DNA from: an uncultured Planctomycetaceae bacterium
GTDB lineage: Bacteria; Planctomycetota; Phycisphaerae; Sedimentisphaerales; UBA12454
Direction of reading: 5' to 3'
Assembly: GCA_964449435.1 (NCBI GenBank)
Contig: CAYUYR010000004.1
Location: 20,059 to 84,058, forward strand
DNA length: 64,000 nt
The position numbers were made by a program, and so were the translations under genes. Positions 37,674-47,233 of this stretch are shown here, piece after piece. The notes under the pieces are model-generated. The model saw only the letters and a program-made list of their open reading frames with translations, did no database searches and was not told the origin of the DNA. Every line of letters starts with the position of its first letter. Positions within the stretch are counted from its first letter, which is position 1.

Positions 37674-38771
37674 ATGTTACTGCATTTTATCAGAGGAATT
37701 TTTGTCATAGTTATTTTCGCCGCCCTTTTTGTTACTATTACGTCAGAAATTGAAAACCCGACCGACACTGAAAAACTCACACAAACCCAGATATGGATAG
37801 CTTTCGTCGGCGGACTTTCACTGGCGGTAGTAGTCCTGTTCGTTGACTGGCTGCTGCCGAAAAAATCCCTCAGCGCACTGGCGGGAATATTTTTCGGACT
37901 TATAGTCGGTATATTCTTTAGCTGGGCATTGTCGCTGGTTTTGGATATGGTCAACGATGTATTCAAAATGGGTCTCGTAGGCAACAATCTGAAACTTGCA
38001 AAATGGATTATGGGTATATGTATCTGCTATTTCGTAATCAGCTTTGTTATGCGAACCAAGGACGATGTGCGTTTTATCATTCCTTATGTCGAGTTTTCAC
38101 GGCAGACGAAAGGCATAAGGCCGCTTGTGCTCGACACATCTGTTATAATCGACGGACGAATAGCGGATATCTGCCAGACCAAACTTTTCGATGCGCCGAT
38201 GGTCGTACCAAGATTCGTTTTAAACGAATTGCAGCTGATTGCCGATTCGGCCGACAAACTGAAACGTGTCCGCGGCAGAAGAGGTCTTGATATCCTTCAC
38301 AAACTGCAGGATAACCCTGTCATCGAAGTGCAATTAGACGACACTCCCCCGCCGGGCATCGACGACCATTCGCCGGTGGACCAGAAACTGGTAGCCTTTA
38401 CGAAAAACTGCAACGGCAAACTTATAACCAACGATTACAATCTCAGTAAAGTCGCTCAGGTACGGCAGGTCGATGTAATAAATATAAACGACCTCACGAA
38501 CGCACTGAAAACGGTTGTACTGCCGGGCGAAACGATGCAGGTTCGGATAATCAAGCCGGGCGAAGAATCGCAGCAGGGAATCGGCTACCTTGACGACGGT
38601 ACAATGGTAGTCGTCGAGGAAGGCAGAAATAAAATCGGCGAAAAAGTCCTAATCACCGTTACAAGCGCACTGCAAACATCGGCAGGACGAATGATATTCG
38701 GCAAATACGAGCGTCCGGTGCGAGAAAATAATATCGAAAATAACGGCAATAATAACAGAAACAAAAAATAG
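37674..38771 (+). CDS. PIN/TRAM domain membrane protein (YacL-like)
   Basis: VLDTSVIIDGRI; RGRRGLDIL; GIGYLDDGTMVVV. Confidence 0.92.
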   Translation: MLLHFIRGIFVIVIFAALFVTITSEIENPTDTEKLTQTQIWIAFVGGLSLAVVVLFVDWLLPKKSLSALAGIFFGLIVGIFFSWALSLVLDMVNDVFKMGLVGNNLKLAKWIMGICICYFVISFVMRTKDDVRFIIPYVEFSRQTKGIRPLVLDTSVIIDGRIADICQTKLFDAPMVVPRFVLNELQLIADSADKLKRVRGRRGLDILHKLQDNPVIEVQLDDTPPPGIDDHSPVDQKLVAFTKNCNGKLITNDYNLSKVAQVRQVDVININDLTNALKTVVLPGETMQVRIIKPGEESQQGIGYLDDGTMVVVEEGRNKIGEKVLITVTSALQTSAGRMIFGKYERPVRENNIENNGNNNRNKK

Positions 38772-38773
38772 CA

Positions 38774-40270
38774 CTACGGTTTGTTCGGTTCTGCGATATC
38801 ATACATTTCCGCAAGCTCAGCGGGATTGTGTTTCATATGTCTTGCCGCCTGTTCGAGTCTCTGCTGTCTTGTCGGCATATAGTCCGCAAGAAACGATAAA
38901 GACATCCACGATATAAGACAGGAAACTGTGCCGACAATTAGGCCGACTTTAAGCCATTCGAAGAATTTTATGGAACTGTGATACCGTTTCTCAGTCATAC
39001 CAAGCGCTACGATATTTGCCGTCGAGCCTATCATTGTAATATTACCGCCAAGACAGGCGCCCTGAAGCAAAGCCCAGACAAGAGGAGTATAAACAAGTTT
39101 ATTCACGACGGGCATAAAAGCGGCTACGAATACGATGTTATCCACAAAAGCCGAACCAACGGCGGTGGTACTGATAACCGCGGGAATAAGAACCGAGATG
39201 CGATTGCCGAATACCTGCTGAAAATAATCGGCAACTCTTTCGGTAACCTGTGTTTCCTGCAAAGTGCCGGCCTTGGCAAAGAGCATCATAAAAAACAAAA
39301 GCGTCCACCAGTCGACATTAGATTCGATATAATACCGAGCCCGCTGATGCCGCCAGAGCATAAGAAAACCCGCTATTACCAGCGGAGCAACAATCAGAAC
39401 CGTATTAGGCGCAAGTCCGAGCTTCCTTTCGAGCCAATGATGCAAAGCGATGAATGATATCATACCAATCATTATCGCCAGACTTCTTTTGTAAGGTATG
39501 TTAACCAGCGGGCCCAAACCCAATCCCATTTCCCGGCGGGCAGCGAGCTTTTCCGAAAGCAGGTTAATGTCTTTGCGATACCACCACAAAAGCACTAACA
39601 TCGTGCTTATAAGAGTTATAAGCATAATCGGGAATGACCAGATGATAAAATCCATAAAACTAAGAGGCGGTATGGCGTTTTGCCCTATCAGGATTCCGAC
39701 AGGATTGCCGAGCATCGTACCGCTCGAACCGATATTCGTCGCCATTACAGCGATAATTATGAAAGGCATCGGCCGAATTTTCAAAGTATCGCAGACCTGA
39801 AATATCAGCGTGGCAATAAATACAATAGAGGTAACCTCATCAATAGTACAAGCCATACCGGCACTGAGAAATATGATGACTATAACGAACTTTCGGCCGG
39901 TCATTCTCGGCGTTTTTATTACACCCTGTATAATCCATGTGAAAAGACCAAGGTCTCTGAGCACGCCGACGATAACCATCATACCGGCCAGAAAGAGGAT
40001 TACATCCAGCTTACATTCACGGAGAAATACAGGCAGCGTCAGAACATTCGTCCCCATAAGTACGCCGATACCGATGAAAGCGATGGCCAGCCGGAACTGC
40101 CAGAAAACGAGAGTCGCAATTACTATCATAACGAACATCGAAGAGGAAATCATCTGACGATTGTCCATCCCGAGACGATGAGTGAGCAGGCCGACCGCGA
40201 AACTGACGGCGAGCATAAAAACCGTTCTGATAAATGTCTGTGTTCCTTCAGTTTTTCCGGCGGTATCCAT
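38774..40270 (-). CDS. ArsB/NhaD/SLC13-family permease
   Basis: TNIGSSGTMLGNPVGILI; SAFVDNI; GGNITMIGSTANIV. Confidence 0.88.
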   Translation of the reverse strand: MDTAGKTEGTQTFIRTVFMLAVSFAVGLLTHRLGMDNRQMISSSMFVMIVIATLVFWQFRLAIAFIGIGVLMGTNVLTLPVFLRECKLDVILFLAGMMVIVGVLRDLGLFTWIIQGVIKTPRMTGRKFVIVIIFLSAGMACTIDEVTSIVFIATLIFQVCDTLKIRPMPFIIIAVMATNIGSSGTMLGNPVGILIGQNAIPPLSFMDFIIWSFPIMLITLISTMLVLLWWYRKDINLLSEKLAARREMGLGLGPLVNIPYKRSLAIMIGMISFIALHHWLERKLGLAPNTVLIVAPLVIAGFLMLWRHQRARYYIESNVDWWTLLFFMMLFAKAGTLQETQVTERVADYFQQVFGNRISVLIPAVISTTAVGSAFVDNIVFVAAFMPVVNKLVYTPLVWALLQGACLGGNITMIGSTANIVALGMTEKRYHSSIKFFEWLKVGLIVGTVSCLISWMSLSFLADYMPTRQQRLEQAARHMKHNPAELAEMYDIAEPNKP

Positions 40271-40276
40271 AATCTT

Positions 40277-41206
40277 CTATTCTCTCAGGATTTTGTTCAG
40301 GAAGATAGCCAAAGATACAACCCCGATAAGCGTTTTGCCCCGCAAAACATAAGCGTGGTCAACCCGCCTGCGGGCAAATTCCTTTGCCACCTGAGCGGCA
40401 GGCGCATCTTCAGAAACAGTCGCATAATCGAACGTCATTATCTCGGTGAGCCAGGTTTTGCTTTCTTTTCGCAGAATTTCCTCGAAAGGCTGAAAATTGA
40501 TTATCGGCGTAAGGTCCTCGACCCAAAGGATATAGTCCGGCAGGCAAACCCGCAGCAATTCCTGCGTTGAAACGACGCCTATAAGGTCGCCGTCTTTGTC
40601 TATAACCGGAACATCTCTAACCTGATGACGGACGAACAGGTCGATTGCGCGTTCAAGGGTGTCGTATTCATAAAGCTTTACCGTAACCGGATTCATAATA
40701 TCGCAGGCCTGCAAATGCTCGGTAAGGATTACGCCGCCTTTGTCGAAAAAGTCCCAGATTTTTTCCGGCGCGGCAAGCTCGGCAACCTTATCGGCAGTAT
40801 CCGGCTCGTGACATATTTTCGCGAGCGAACTCATCGCCTGAAGATAAGCACCGGGAGCAGACTTCGGCGCAAGGGTTAAAATAATAAGCTTAACAGGCAT
40901 ACCGGTACTGCCCGCGTATTGGATACCGTCTTTCGATGTCGCAATGCCGACGATAATATGGTCTATCGCCGTCAAACGAACATGAGGCATCGCGATACCG
41001 GGGCCGACAACCGTGGGAACCTGATTCTCCCTTTCAAGCAGCTCCTTATAAGCCTGCTCGACATTGCCGATACCCTGTACCATCGCCAGCTTATGAAGCA
41101 TCTCCATTAAAAGCTGATTGCGGTCAGTCGTATCTGTATGACAAATTACGTGCTCCGGCGTAAAAAGAGAAGAAAACCGAACATTATGATTATTCGTTGT
41201 CGTCAT
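40277..41206 (-). CDS. PTS EIIA-type domain + CBS pair protein
   Basis: ERENQVPTVVGPGIAMPH; two CBS domains. Confidence 0.85.
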   Translation of the reverse strand: MTTTNNHNVRFSSLFTPEHVICHTDTTDRNQLLMEMLHKLAMVQGIGNVEQAYKELLERENQVPTVVGPGIAMPHVRLTAIDHIIVGIATSKDGIQYAGSTGMPVKLIILTLAPKSAPGAYLQAMSSLAKICHEPDTADKVAELAAPEKIWDFFDKGGVILTEHLQACDIMNPVTVKLYEYDTLERAIDLFVRHQVRDVPVIDKDGDLIGVVSTQELLRVCLPDYILWVEDLTPIINFQPFEEILRKESKTWLTEIMTFDYATVSEDAPAAQVAKEFARRRVDHAYVLRGKTLIGVVSLAIFLNKILRE

Positions 41207-41370
41207 CAGTTTTCAGAGTATAAAACTGTTCCTTCAAGAATTTTATAAATTGCATAGTATAGCGTTGTAAGCGAATTATTACAACAAAGTATATTTGCTT
41301 TTTCTTTCGGGGCCGCGAAACCACTGGCCTTATAAGCCCTTTATTGCCAAAGACTTAACGCCTGCGATAT

Positions 41371-42435
41371 TTACCCGTTATTGAAGCTTCGAATTTCCTT
41401 TTCTAAGGCAGTGAAAAGGTTTGCCTGTCGGACGGTCGCGATTTTTTTACCTTTTTTGTAGATAAAGCCTTTATCGGCGGCGGCGCAGACGGCAAGAGCG
41501 GCATCGGCGGCCTCGCCGGGGCCGTTGACTACGCAGCCCATAACCGCGACCCTTATAGGCCTTTTAACTTCCTTAAGGAGCTTTTTAACCTTTTGCGCAA
41601 ATGCGATTAAATCCCACTGACATCTGCCGCAGGTCGGACAAACGATAAGTTCGGGCTCCCTGCTTTTATAAAGGCCGACAGCCGCGAGAATTTTTTGGGC
41701 GATTTCGACTTCCTGCACGGGACCGCCTGCGATACTGATCCGAATCGTATCGCCAATACCCTGCCAGAGCAAAGTGCCCAAAGCAACCGAAGCCGGAACA
41801 ACGGCATCTTCGGCAAGGCCTGCGTGGGTTAAGCCGAGATGGAGCGGATAAGGAAATCTTTCAGCAACGGCAATGTTCGATTCAATCGTTCTTGCGACGT
41901 CCGAACTTTTGACGCTTAAAACTATATTATCGAAACCTCTTTTCTCGAACAGTCTGACATAGCCTGCCATTTCCTTGAGCATAAGGTTTGTTCGTTTTTT
42001 TTGCGGGGTGTCTTTAAGAAGATTTCGGATACTGGCTTCGTTTATGCCGATACGGATTGCGATTTTGTGAGCCTTTGCGCAATCGATAATTCTATAAATA
42101 TCGTTTTTGTCTTTTATATTGCCGGGATTAAGGCGTATTTTTGCGGCGCCGGCTTCAATAGCCTCGAGCGCCCTTTCAGGTGAAAAATGGATATCGGCTA
42201 TCAGCGGGACTTTTACTTTTTTAACAATTTTGGCAAATGCGATGCTGTCCTGCCTTGTGGGGATAGCGATTCTGACGAGCTTTGCCCCTGCCGCCGATAG
42301 AGCGTTTATCTGTTTTACGCAGCCGGCGATGTCCGTCGTGGCCAGCTTGACCATAGATTGAATTACAATAGGATATTTCGAGCCGATTTTGACCTTGCCG
42401 GCGGAAACTGTGCGTGTTTTTCGTCTTTTTATCAT
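41371..42435 (-). CDS. ispG: (E)-4-hydroxy-3-methylbut-2-enyl-diphosphate synthase
   Basis: PLIADIHF, IRLNPGN, CPTCGR, MGCVVNGPGE. Confidence 0.95.
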   Translation of the reverse strand: MIKRRKTRTVSAGKVKIGSKYPIVIQSMVKLATTDIAGCVKQINALSAAGAKLVRIAIPTRQDSIAFAKIVKKVKVPLIADIHFSPERALEAIEAGAAKIRLNPGNIKDKNDIYRIIDCAKAHKIAIRIGINEASIRNLLKDTPQKKRTNLMLKEMAGYVRLFEKRGFDNIVLSVKSSDVARTIESNIAVAERFPYPLHLGLTHAGLAEDAVVPASVALGTLLWQGIGDTIRISIAGGPVQEVEIAQKILAAVGLYKSREPELIVCPTCGRCQWDLIAFAQKVKKLLKEVKRPIRVAVMGCVVNGPGEAADAALAVCAAADKGFIYKKGKKIATVRQANLFTALEKEIRSFNNG

Positions 42436-42489
42436 AGGCGTAAATTCTATCTTGTTTTATCGCTGCGGGCAAATTAAAATACGGCGGTT

Positions 42490-43386
42490 TTGAAGGCTTT
42501 TAATATCCATTTAAATTATCGCGGGGTTCGTCGAATGCTATTATCGATACTTAGAATCGCATTGGCTGTTTATCTGGGGCTTGGACTGATACTGTATTTA
42601 ATGCAGTCGAAATTTACTTTCCAGCCGACCCGCCAACTGCTTTACAATCCCGGCGATATCGGACTGGAATACGAAAAAGTACAATTAAAAACGCCCGACA
42701 ATTTGCTCCTTTCGGCATGGTATATTCCGGCTAAAAATGCCGAATTTACCATACTTTTCTGTCACGGCAACGCCGGAAATATGATGCACCGGCTCGATAC
42801 ACTAAATATTTTTTACGAGATGGGGGTTAACTGTCTTATTTTCGATTATCGCGGCTACGGCAATAGTCAGGGTAAACCAACCGAAGAAGGCGTTTATACC
42901 GATGCGCAAACGGCTTATGACTGGCTGATTAACGAAAAGAAAATATCGCCTGAAAATATAATATTGTTCGGACGTTCAATCGGCGGAAGCGTCGCGGCAC
43001 ATCTGGCAAACAATGTAAAAGTAAAAGGGCTGATTTTAGAAAGCTGTTTTACATCTTACGCCGATATCGGCCGGAAATTTTATCCGTATATGCCTGTTAA
43101 ATTGGTTGCAAAGTACAGTTTTAATACTTTCGAATACGTAAAAAAACTGGAATGTCCCATACTCGTCATTCACAGCAGAGGCGATGAAATCATACCATTC
43201 GAATTAGGCCTTCGGCTTTACGAACAGGCGGCAAACGAGCCGAAAGAATTTCTCGAAATTTTCGGCAATCATAACGAGGGCTTTCTGCATACAGGGCAGG
43301 CTTACCGCGACGGATTAAAGAAATGGCTCGAATCGGTCAAAAACTACCAGCAGCAGATGTCCGCAAAAATAAAACTTATTTCCTGA
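42490..43386 (+). CDS. Alpha/beta hydrolase
   Basis: HGNAGN, DYRGYG, GRSIGG nucleophile motif. Confidence 0.88.
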   Translation: MKAFNIHLNYRGVRRMLLSILRIALAVYLGLGLILYLMQSKFTFQPTRQLLYNPGDIGLEYEKVQLKTPDNLLLSAWYIPAKNAEFTILFCHGNAGNMMHRLDTLNIFYEMGVNCLIFDYRGYGNSQGKPTEEGVYTDAQTAYDWLINEKKISPENIILFGRSIGGSVAAHLANNVKVKGLILESCFTSYADIGRKFYPYMPVKLVAKYSFNTFEYVKKLECPILVIHSRGDEIIPFELGLRLYEQAANEPKEFLEIFGNHNEGFLHTGQAYRDGLKKWLESVKNYQQQMSAKIKLIS

Positions 43387-43396
43387 TATGAAAAAA

Positions 43397-43424
43397 TGAA
43401 GATTTAAGATTGAAGATTGAAGAT
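43397..43424 (+). repeat. Heptamer tandem repeat T(G/T)AAGAT x4 over the start codon
   Basis: TGAAGAT TTAAGAT TGAAGAT TGAAGAT. Confidence 0.7.
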
Positions 43425-44351
43425 TTACAGAAAAAAATATTTATTCTTCCGCTAATAATCCTGACGGTCATCTGCCTGTTAGTATTTTTCGCAGTAAAAA
43501 AAGACAAATCTTTCTCCGATAACGTTAATCAGGAACCAAACCATATCAACAAAATTATTTCTCTTGCGCCGAGCACGACTGAGATACTGTTTGCTTTGGG
43601 ACTTGGCGATAAAGTTATAGGCGTATCGGAATTCTGCGACTGGCCGCCGGAGGCTAAAAATATACCGAAAGTCGGCGGACTGCTTAATCCGAATTATGAG
43701 GTAATTGTCGCGGCAAAGTCCGACCTCGTGATTGCCTTCGATGATATGCTGCAAATCAAGGGGAAACTGGCGGCATTGAAAATCGAAACACTCGCGGTAA
43801 AACACGACAGCCTCGAAGAAATACTTGACTCGATTCTGATAATAGGCCGATATTGCGGCAGGGAACAGGAAGCTGAAAAGATAGTCGGCGAAATTCAAAA
43901 TAAAATTCTCGAAATCCAAAGCCGGATTCCGGATACAAACAGACCAAAGGTGCTTATAAGCCTCGGACACGAGTATTCGCAGGACCCGGAGGCAAAACCG
44001 CGTAATATCTATATCGCCGGAAATGACGGTTTTTACAGCGAGATGATTAAATTCGCGGGCGGGCAAAACGCTTATAGCGGAAAACTGCCGTTTCCGAATA
44101 TCGGAGCCGAATCGGTAATTTCGATGAACCCGCAGATAATTATAGATATAGCTCCGGCAGCGGCAAAGCAGACAGACAGTCAAATAACAATACAGCAGTG
44201 GAAAAAGTTCACTCAAATCGACGCCGCCAAAAACGACAGGATATATGTTTTTACCGAAGACTACACGGCAATACCGGGCCCGAGATTTATACTGACACTT
44301 GAAAAAATCGCCCGTATAATAAATCAGGAAAATGAGCCAAACAGTAATTGA
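43410..44351 (+). CDS. ABC transporter substrate-binding protein (BtuF/iron-siderophore class)
   Basis: IISLAPSTTEILFALG; PGPR. Confidence 0.9.
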   Translation: MKIEDLQKKIFILPLIILTVICLLVFFAVKKDKSFSDNVNQEPNHINKIISLAPSTTEILFALGLGDKVIGVSEFCDWPPEAKNIPKVGGLLNPNYEVIVAAKSDLVIAFDDMLQIKGKLAALKIETLAVKHDSLEEILDSILIIGRYCGREQEAEKIVGEIQNKILEIQSRIPDTNRPKVLISLGHEYSQDPEAKPRNIYIAGNDGFYSEMIKFAGGQNAYSGKLPFPNIGAESVISMNPQIIIDIAPAAAKQTDSQITIQQWKKFTQIDAAKNDRIYVFTEDYTAIPGPRFILTLEKIARIINQENEPNSN

Positions 44352-45120
44352 AATCGAAGATTTAAGTTTTTCCATCTCCGGCAAACGGATACTTGAGCAG
44401 GTTTGCTTCTGCGCATCTACCGGCCAGAGGCTTTTTATAGTCGGCCCCAACGGCGCAGGAAAAACGACGCTGCTGCGGTGTTTGAGCCGGATTGTCAGCG
44501 ATTGGCAAGGCTCGATAAAAGTAAAAGGCAAAAATATAAGGGCGTATCCGCAAAAGCAACTGGCGAAAATACTGACTTACGTCCCGCAGGTTCTGCCCGC
44601 AGATATTCCTTTTACGACCCATCAATTTATTTTAATGGCGAGGTATCCGCATTTAAGCCCGTTTTCGGTTATAAGTCCGCAGGACGAAAAAATCGTCTCC
44701 GACGCTATGGATATGACTCAAACTGCCTGTTTTGCCGAGCGGGTAATAGCAACTTTGAGCGGCGGTGAAAGGCAGCAGGTAAGTATCGCCGCGGCTGTCG
44801 CACAGCAGGCTGAAATCTTCCTGCTCGACGAACCTGCGACATATCTGGATTATAAACATCAGCGCGACATACATTCGCTTTTGGCGAAAATCAATAAGAC
44901 CTGCGGCACGACGATGATTTGCGTAACACACGATTTGAATTCCGCCGTACTGAGCGCAGATAAGATTATCGCACTGAAGGAAGGAAAAATCGTATTCAAA
45001 GGTTCATCCGAAGAGATTATGAATGAAAAAACTCTCGAAAAGATATACTCCAAAAAATTCGAGTTTGCGCAGCATCCTGCAACAGGACAGAAAATTATCG
45101 TTCCAGACGTGTTCGAATGA
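44332..45120 (+). CDS. ABC transporter ATP-binding protein (BtuD/FecE class)
   Basis: GPNGAGKT, LSGGE, LLDEP. Confidence 0.92.
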   Translation: MSQTVIEIEDLSFSISGKRILEQVCFCASTGQRLFIVGPNGAGKTTLLRCLSRIVSDWQGSIKVKGKNIRAYPQKQLAKILTYVPQVLPADIPFTTHQFILMARYPHLSPFSVISPQDEKIVSDAMDMTQTACFAERVIATLSGGERQQVSIAAAVAQQAEIFLLDEPATYLDYKHQRDIHSLLAKINKTCGTTMICVTHDLNSAVLSADKIIALKEGKIVFKGSSEEIMNEKTLEKIYSKKFEFAQHPATGQKIIVPDVFE

Positions 45121-46097
45121 AAAAAATTGCTTTTATATCTATAATCATTTTCGCGATGCTGGTCATCGTGTTCACGCCTTTTATAGGTTCGGTAAAAATA
45201 CCGTTTTCGGCGCTGAAAGATTTCGAGCTTATAACGAGCGAGGCTCAAATTTTCTATTCTTTACGGCTGCCGAGGGTATTTACGGCGTTTTTGGCCGGTG
45301 CCGCCCTTGCCTGCTGCGGAGTTGCTCTGCAGGCAATGTTCAAAAACCCGCTGGCTACGCCTTTTACGCTGGGAATATCAGGCGGAGCGGCTTTCGGAGC
45401 GGCTGTTTATGTAATATTCGCATCCGCGATAATTTCCTACGGCGGAATAGCTTTTTCGTTCGCCGGTTCGCTCGGAGCGGTGATTCTGGTTTACGGCCTG
45501 ACGAGAATTAAAAAAGGATTTTCGGTCGGCACAATGCTGCTCGCAGGAGTAGCGGTAAATTTCTTCTTCTCGAGCCTGATAATGTTCCTGCAATACATAA
45601 GCGATTTTACACAGTCTTTCAGAATCATTCACTGGCTTATGGGAAGCATAGATGTTACCGGTTTTCGTACGCCAAATGTCCTGTTTGTAATCACAGCGGT
45701 TGGCATCATAGTTATCGCGGCTCAGAGTTTGAATCTTAACCTGATGAGTATCAGCGACGAAATTGCCTCCGCCAGAGGCGTAAATGTAAAAAGGACAAGG
45801 AAAATCATCTTTCTGGCGACATCGATTATGGTTGCCGGCGTCGTATCTTTTTGCGGGCCGCTCGGATTTGTCGGCTTAATGGCGCCGCATATTTGCAGAT
45901 TATTGGTCGGCTGCGACCATAAGATTCTAACGCCGGCGGCGATACTGTTCGGCGGAGCGTTTCTGACACTTTGCGATTGCGCAGCAAGGACAATAATCGC
46001 GCCGGCGGAAATGCCGGTCGGAGTTATAACCGCTCTTTTAGGCGGGCCGTTCTTCGTCTGGCTGCTGCTAAAAGACACCGACAAATCAGGCATTTAA
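45117..46097 (+). CDS. FecCD/BtuC-family ABC permease
   Basis: LRLPRV; LQAMFKNPLATPFTLGISGGA; EMPVGVIT. Confidence 0.92.
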   Translation: MKKIAFISIIIFAMLVIVFTPFIGSVKIPFSALKDFELITSEAQIFYSLRLPRVFTAFLAGAALACCGVALQAMFKNPLATPFTLGISGGAAFGAAVYVIFASAIISYGGIAFSFAGSLGAVILVYGLTRIKKGFSVGTMLLAGVAVNFFFSSLIMFLQYISDFTQSFRIIHWLMGSIDVTGFRTPNVLFVITAVGIIVIAAQSLNLNLMSISDEIASARGVNVKRTRKIIFLATSIMVAGVVSFCGPLGFVGLMAPHICRLLVGCDHKILTPAAILFGGAFLTLCDCAARTIIAPAEMPVGVITALLGGPFFVWLLLKDTDKSGI

Positions 46098-46154
46098 ACT
46101 CTCCGGCAATAAATCCTTTGCAATACACGGGTTAAGATGTTAAAATAATCGATT

Positions 46155-47198
46155 ATGGAACTTACAGATAATCTAAATATTGTTCAGTTCAGGCCGCTGA
46201 TAACACCCCAGCAGCTAAAGGAAAAATATCCTGAAGACGAGCAGGTCGCTCATCTTATAGCTCAGTCGCGAGGGAGCATTAATGCAATCCTTACGAATGA
46301 AGACAAAAGACGAATTGTCATTACAGGCCCTTGCTCGCTGCACGACAAAAAAGCGACGTATGATTACGCCGAGAGGCTCAAAAAACTTCAGGACAAGGTC
46401 GCCGACAAGCTGCTGCTCGTGATGAGGGCCTATTTCGAAAAGCCGCGAACGACCCTCGGCTGGAAAGGAATGCTGTACGACCCGGAGCTCGACGGCTCGG
46501 ATAATATCGAAGAAGGTTTTAACAGGTCTCGTGAAATTCTGCTCGAGCTCGGCAAAATCGGCCTGCCATGCGCAACGGAATTTCTCGACCCGATTGTACC
46601 GCAGTATATCGCGGATTTGATTTCGTGGGCGGCAATCGGAGCAAGAACGGCTGAATCGCAAATCCACCGCCAAATGGCAAGCGGCTTGTCTATGCCGATA
46701 GGATTTAAAAACGCTACCGACGGCAATCTCACCTCCGCTGTCGATGCCGTCAAGGCGGCGGCAAGTCCCCATTCTTTCCTCGGTATCAGCCGAAACGGAG
46801 AGGTCATAATCGCCGAGACTCGCGGCAATAAATTCGGACATATCGTTATGCGGGGCGGCTCAAGCGAGCCGAATTACTCGGCTGAATATGTAGCTTTTGC
46901 GGGCATACTGCTGAAAAAAGCGGAAATTCCGAACGGCGTTATTATAGATTGCAGCCACGCCAACTCGAACAAGGATTACAGGCTCCAGCAAAACGCCCTT
47001 TCGGATGTCGTCCGGCAGGTCAATGGCGGCACAAAACTAATCGCCGGCGTAATGCTCGAAAGCTTCATAACCGCAGGCAATCAAAAACCCGCTAAATTAG
47101 AGACCCTCGCTTATGGCCAATCTTTAACCGACGGCTGTATCGGATGGGAAGAAACAGAGGAACTTATCGGCATTTTTGCCGATGCGGTAAGATTATAA
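46155..47198 (+). CDS. 3-deoxy-7-phosphoheptulonate (DAHP) synthase, class I
   Basis: GPCSLHD, YFEKPRT, GFKN, DCSHANS. Confidence 0.95.
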   Translation: MELTDNLNIVQFRPLITPQQLKEKYPEDEQVAHLIAQSRGSINAILTNEDKRRIVITGPCSLHDKKATYDYAERLKKLQDKVADKLLLVMRAYFEKPRTTLGWKGMLYDPELDGSDNIEEGFNRSREILLELGKIGLPCATEFLDPIVPQYIADLISWAAIGARTAESQIHRQMASGLSMPIGFKNATDGNLTSAVDAVKAAASPHSFLGISRNGEVIIAETRGNKFGHIVMRGGSSEPNYSAEYVAFAGILLKKAEIPNGVIIDCSHANSNKDYRLQQNALSDVVRQVNGGTKLIAGVMLESFITAGNQKPAKLETLAYGQSLTDGCIGWEETEELIGIFADAVRL

Positions 47199-47233
47199 GA
47201 GCAACAAGTCGAAGCCTATTTTGCCATTCAGGA

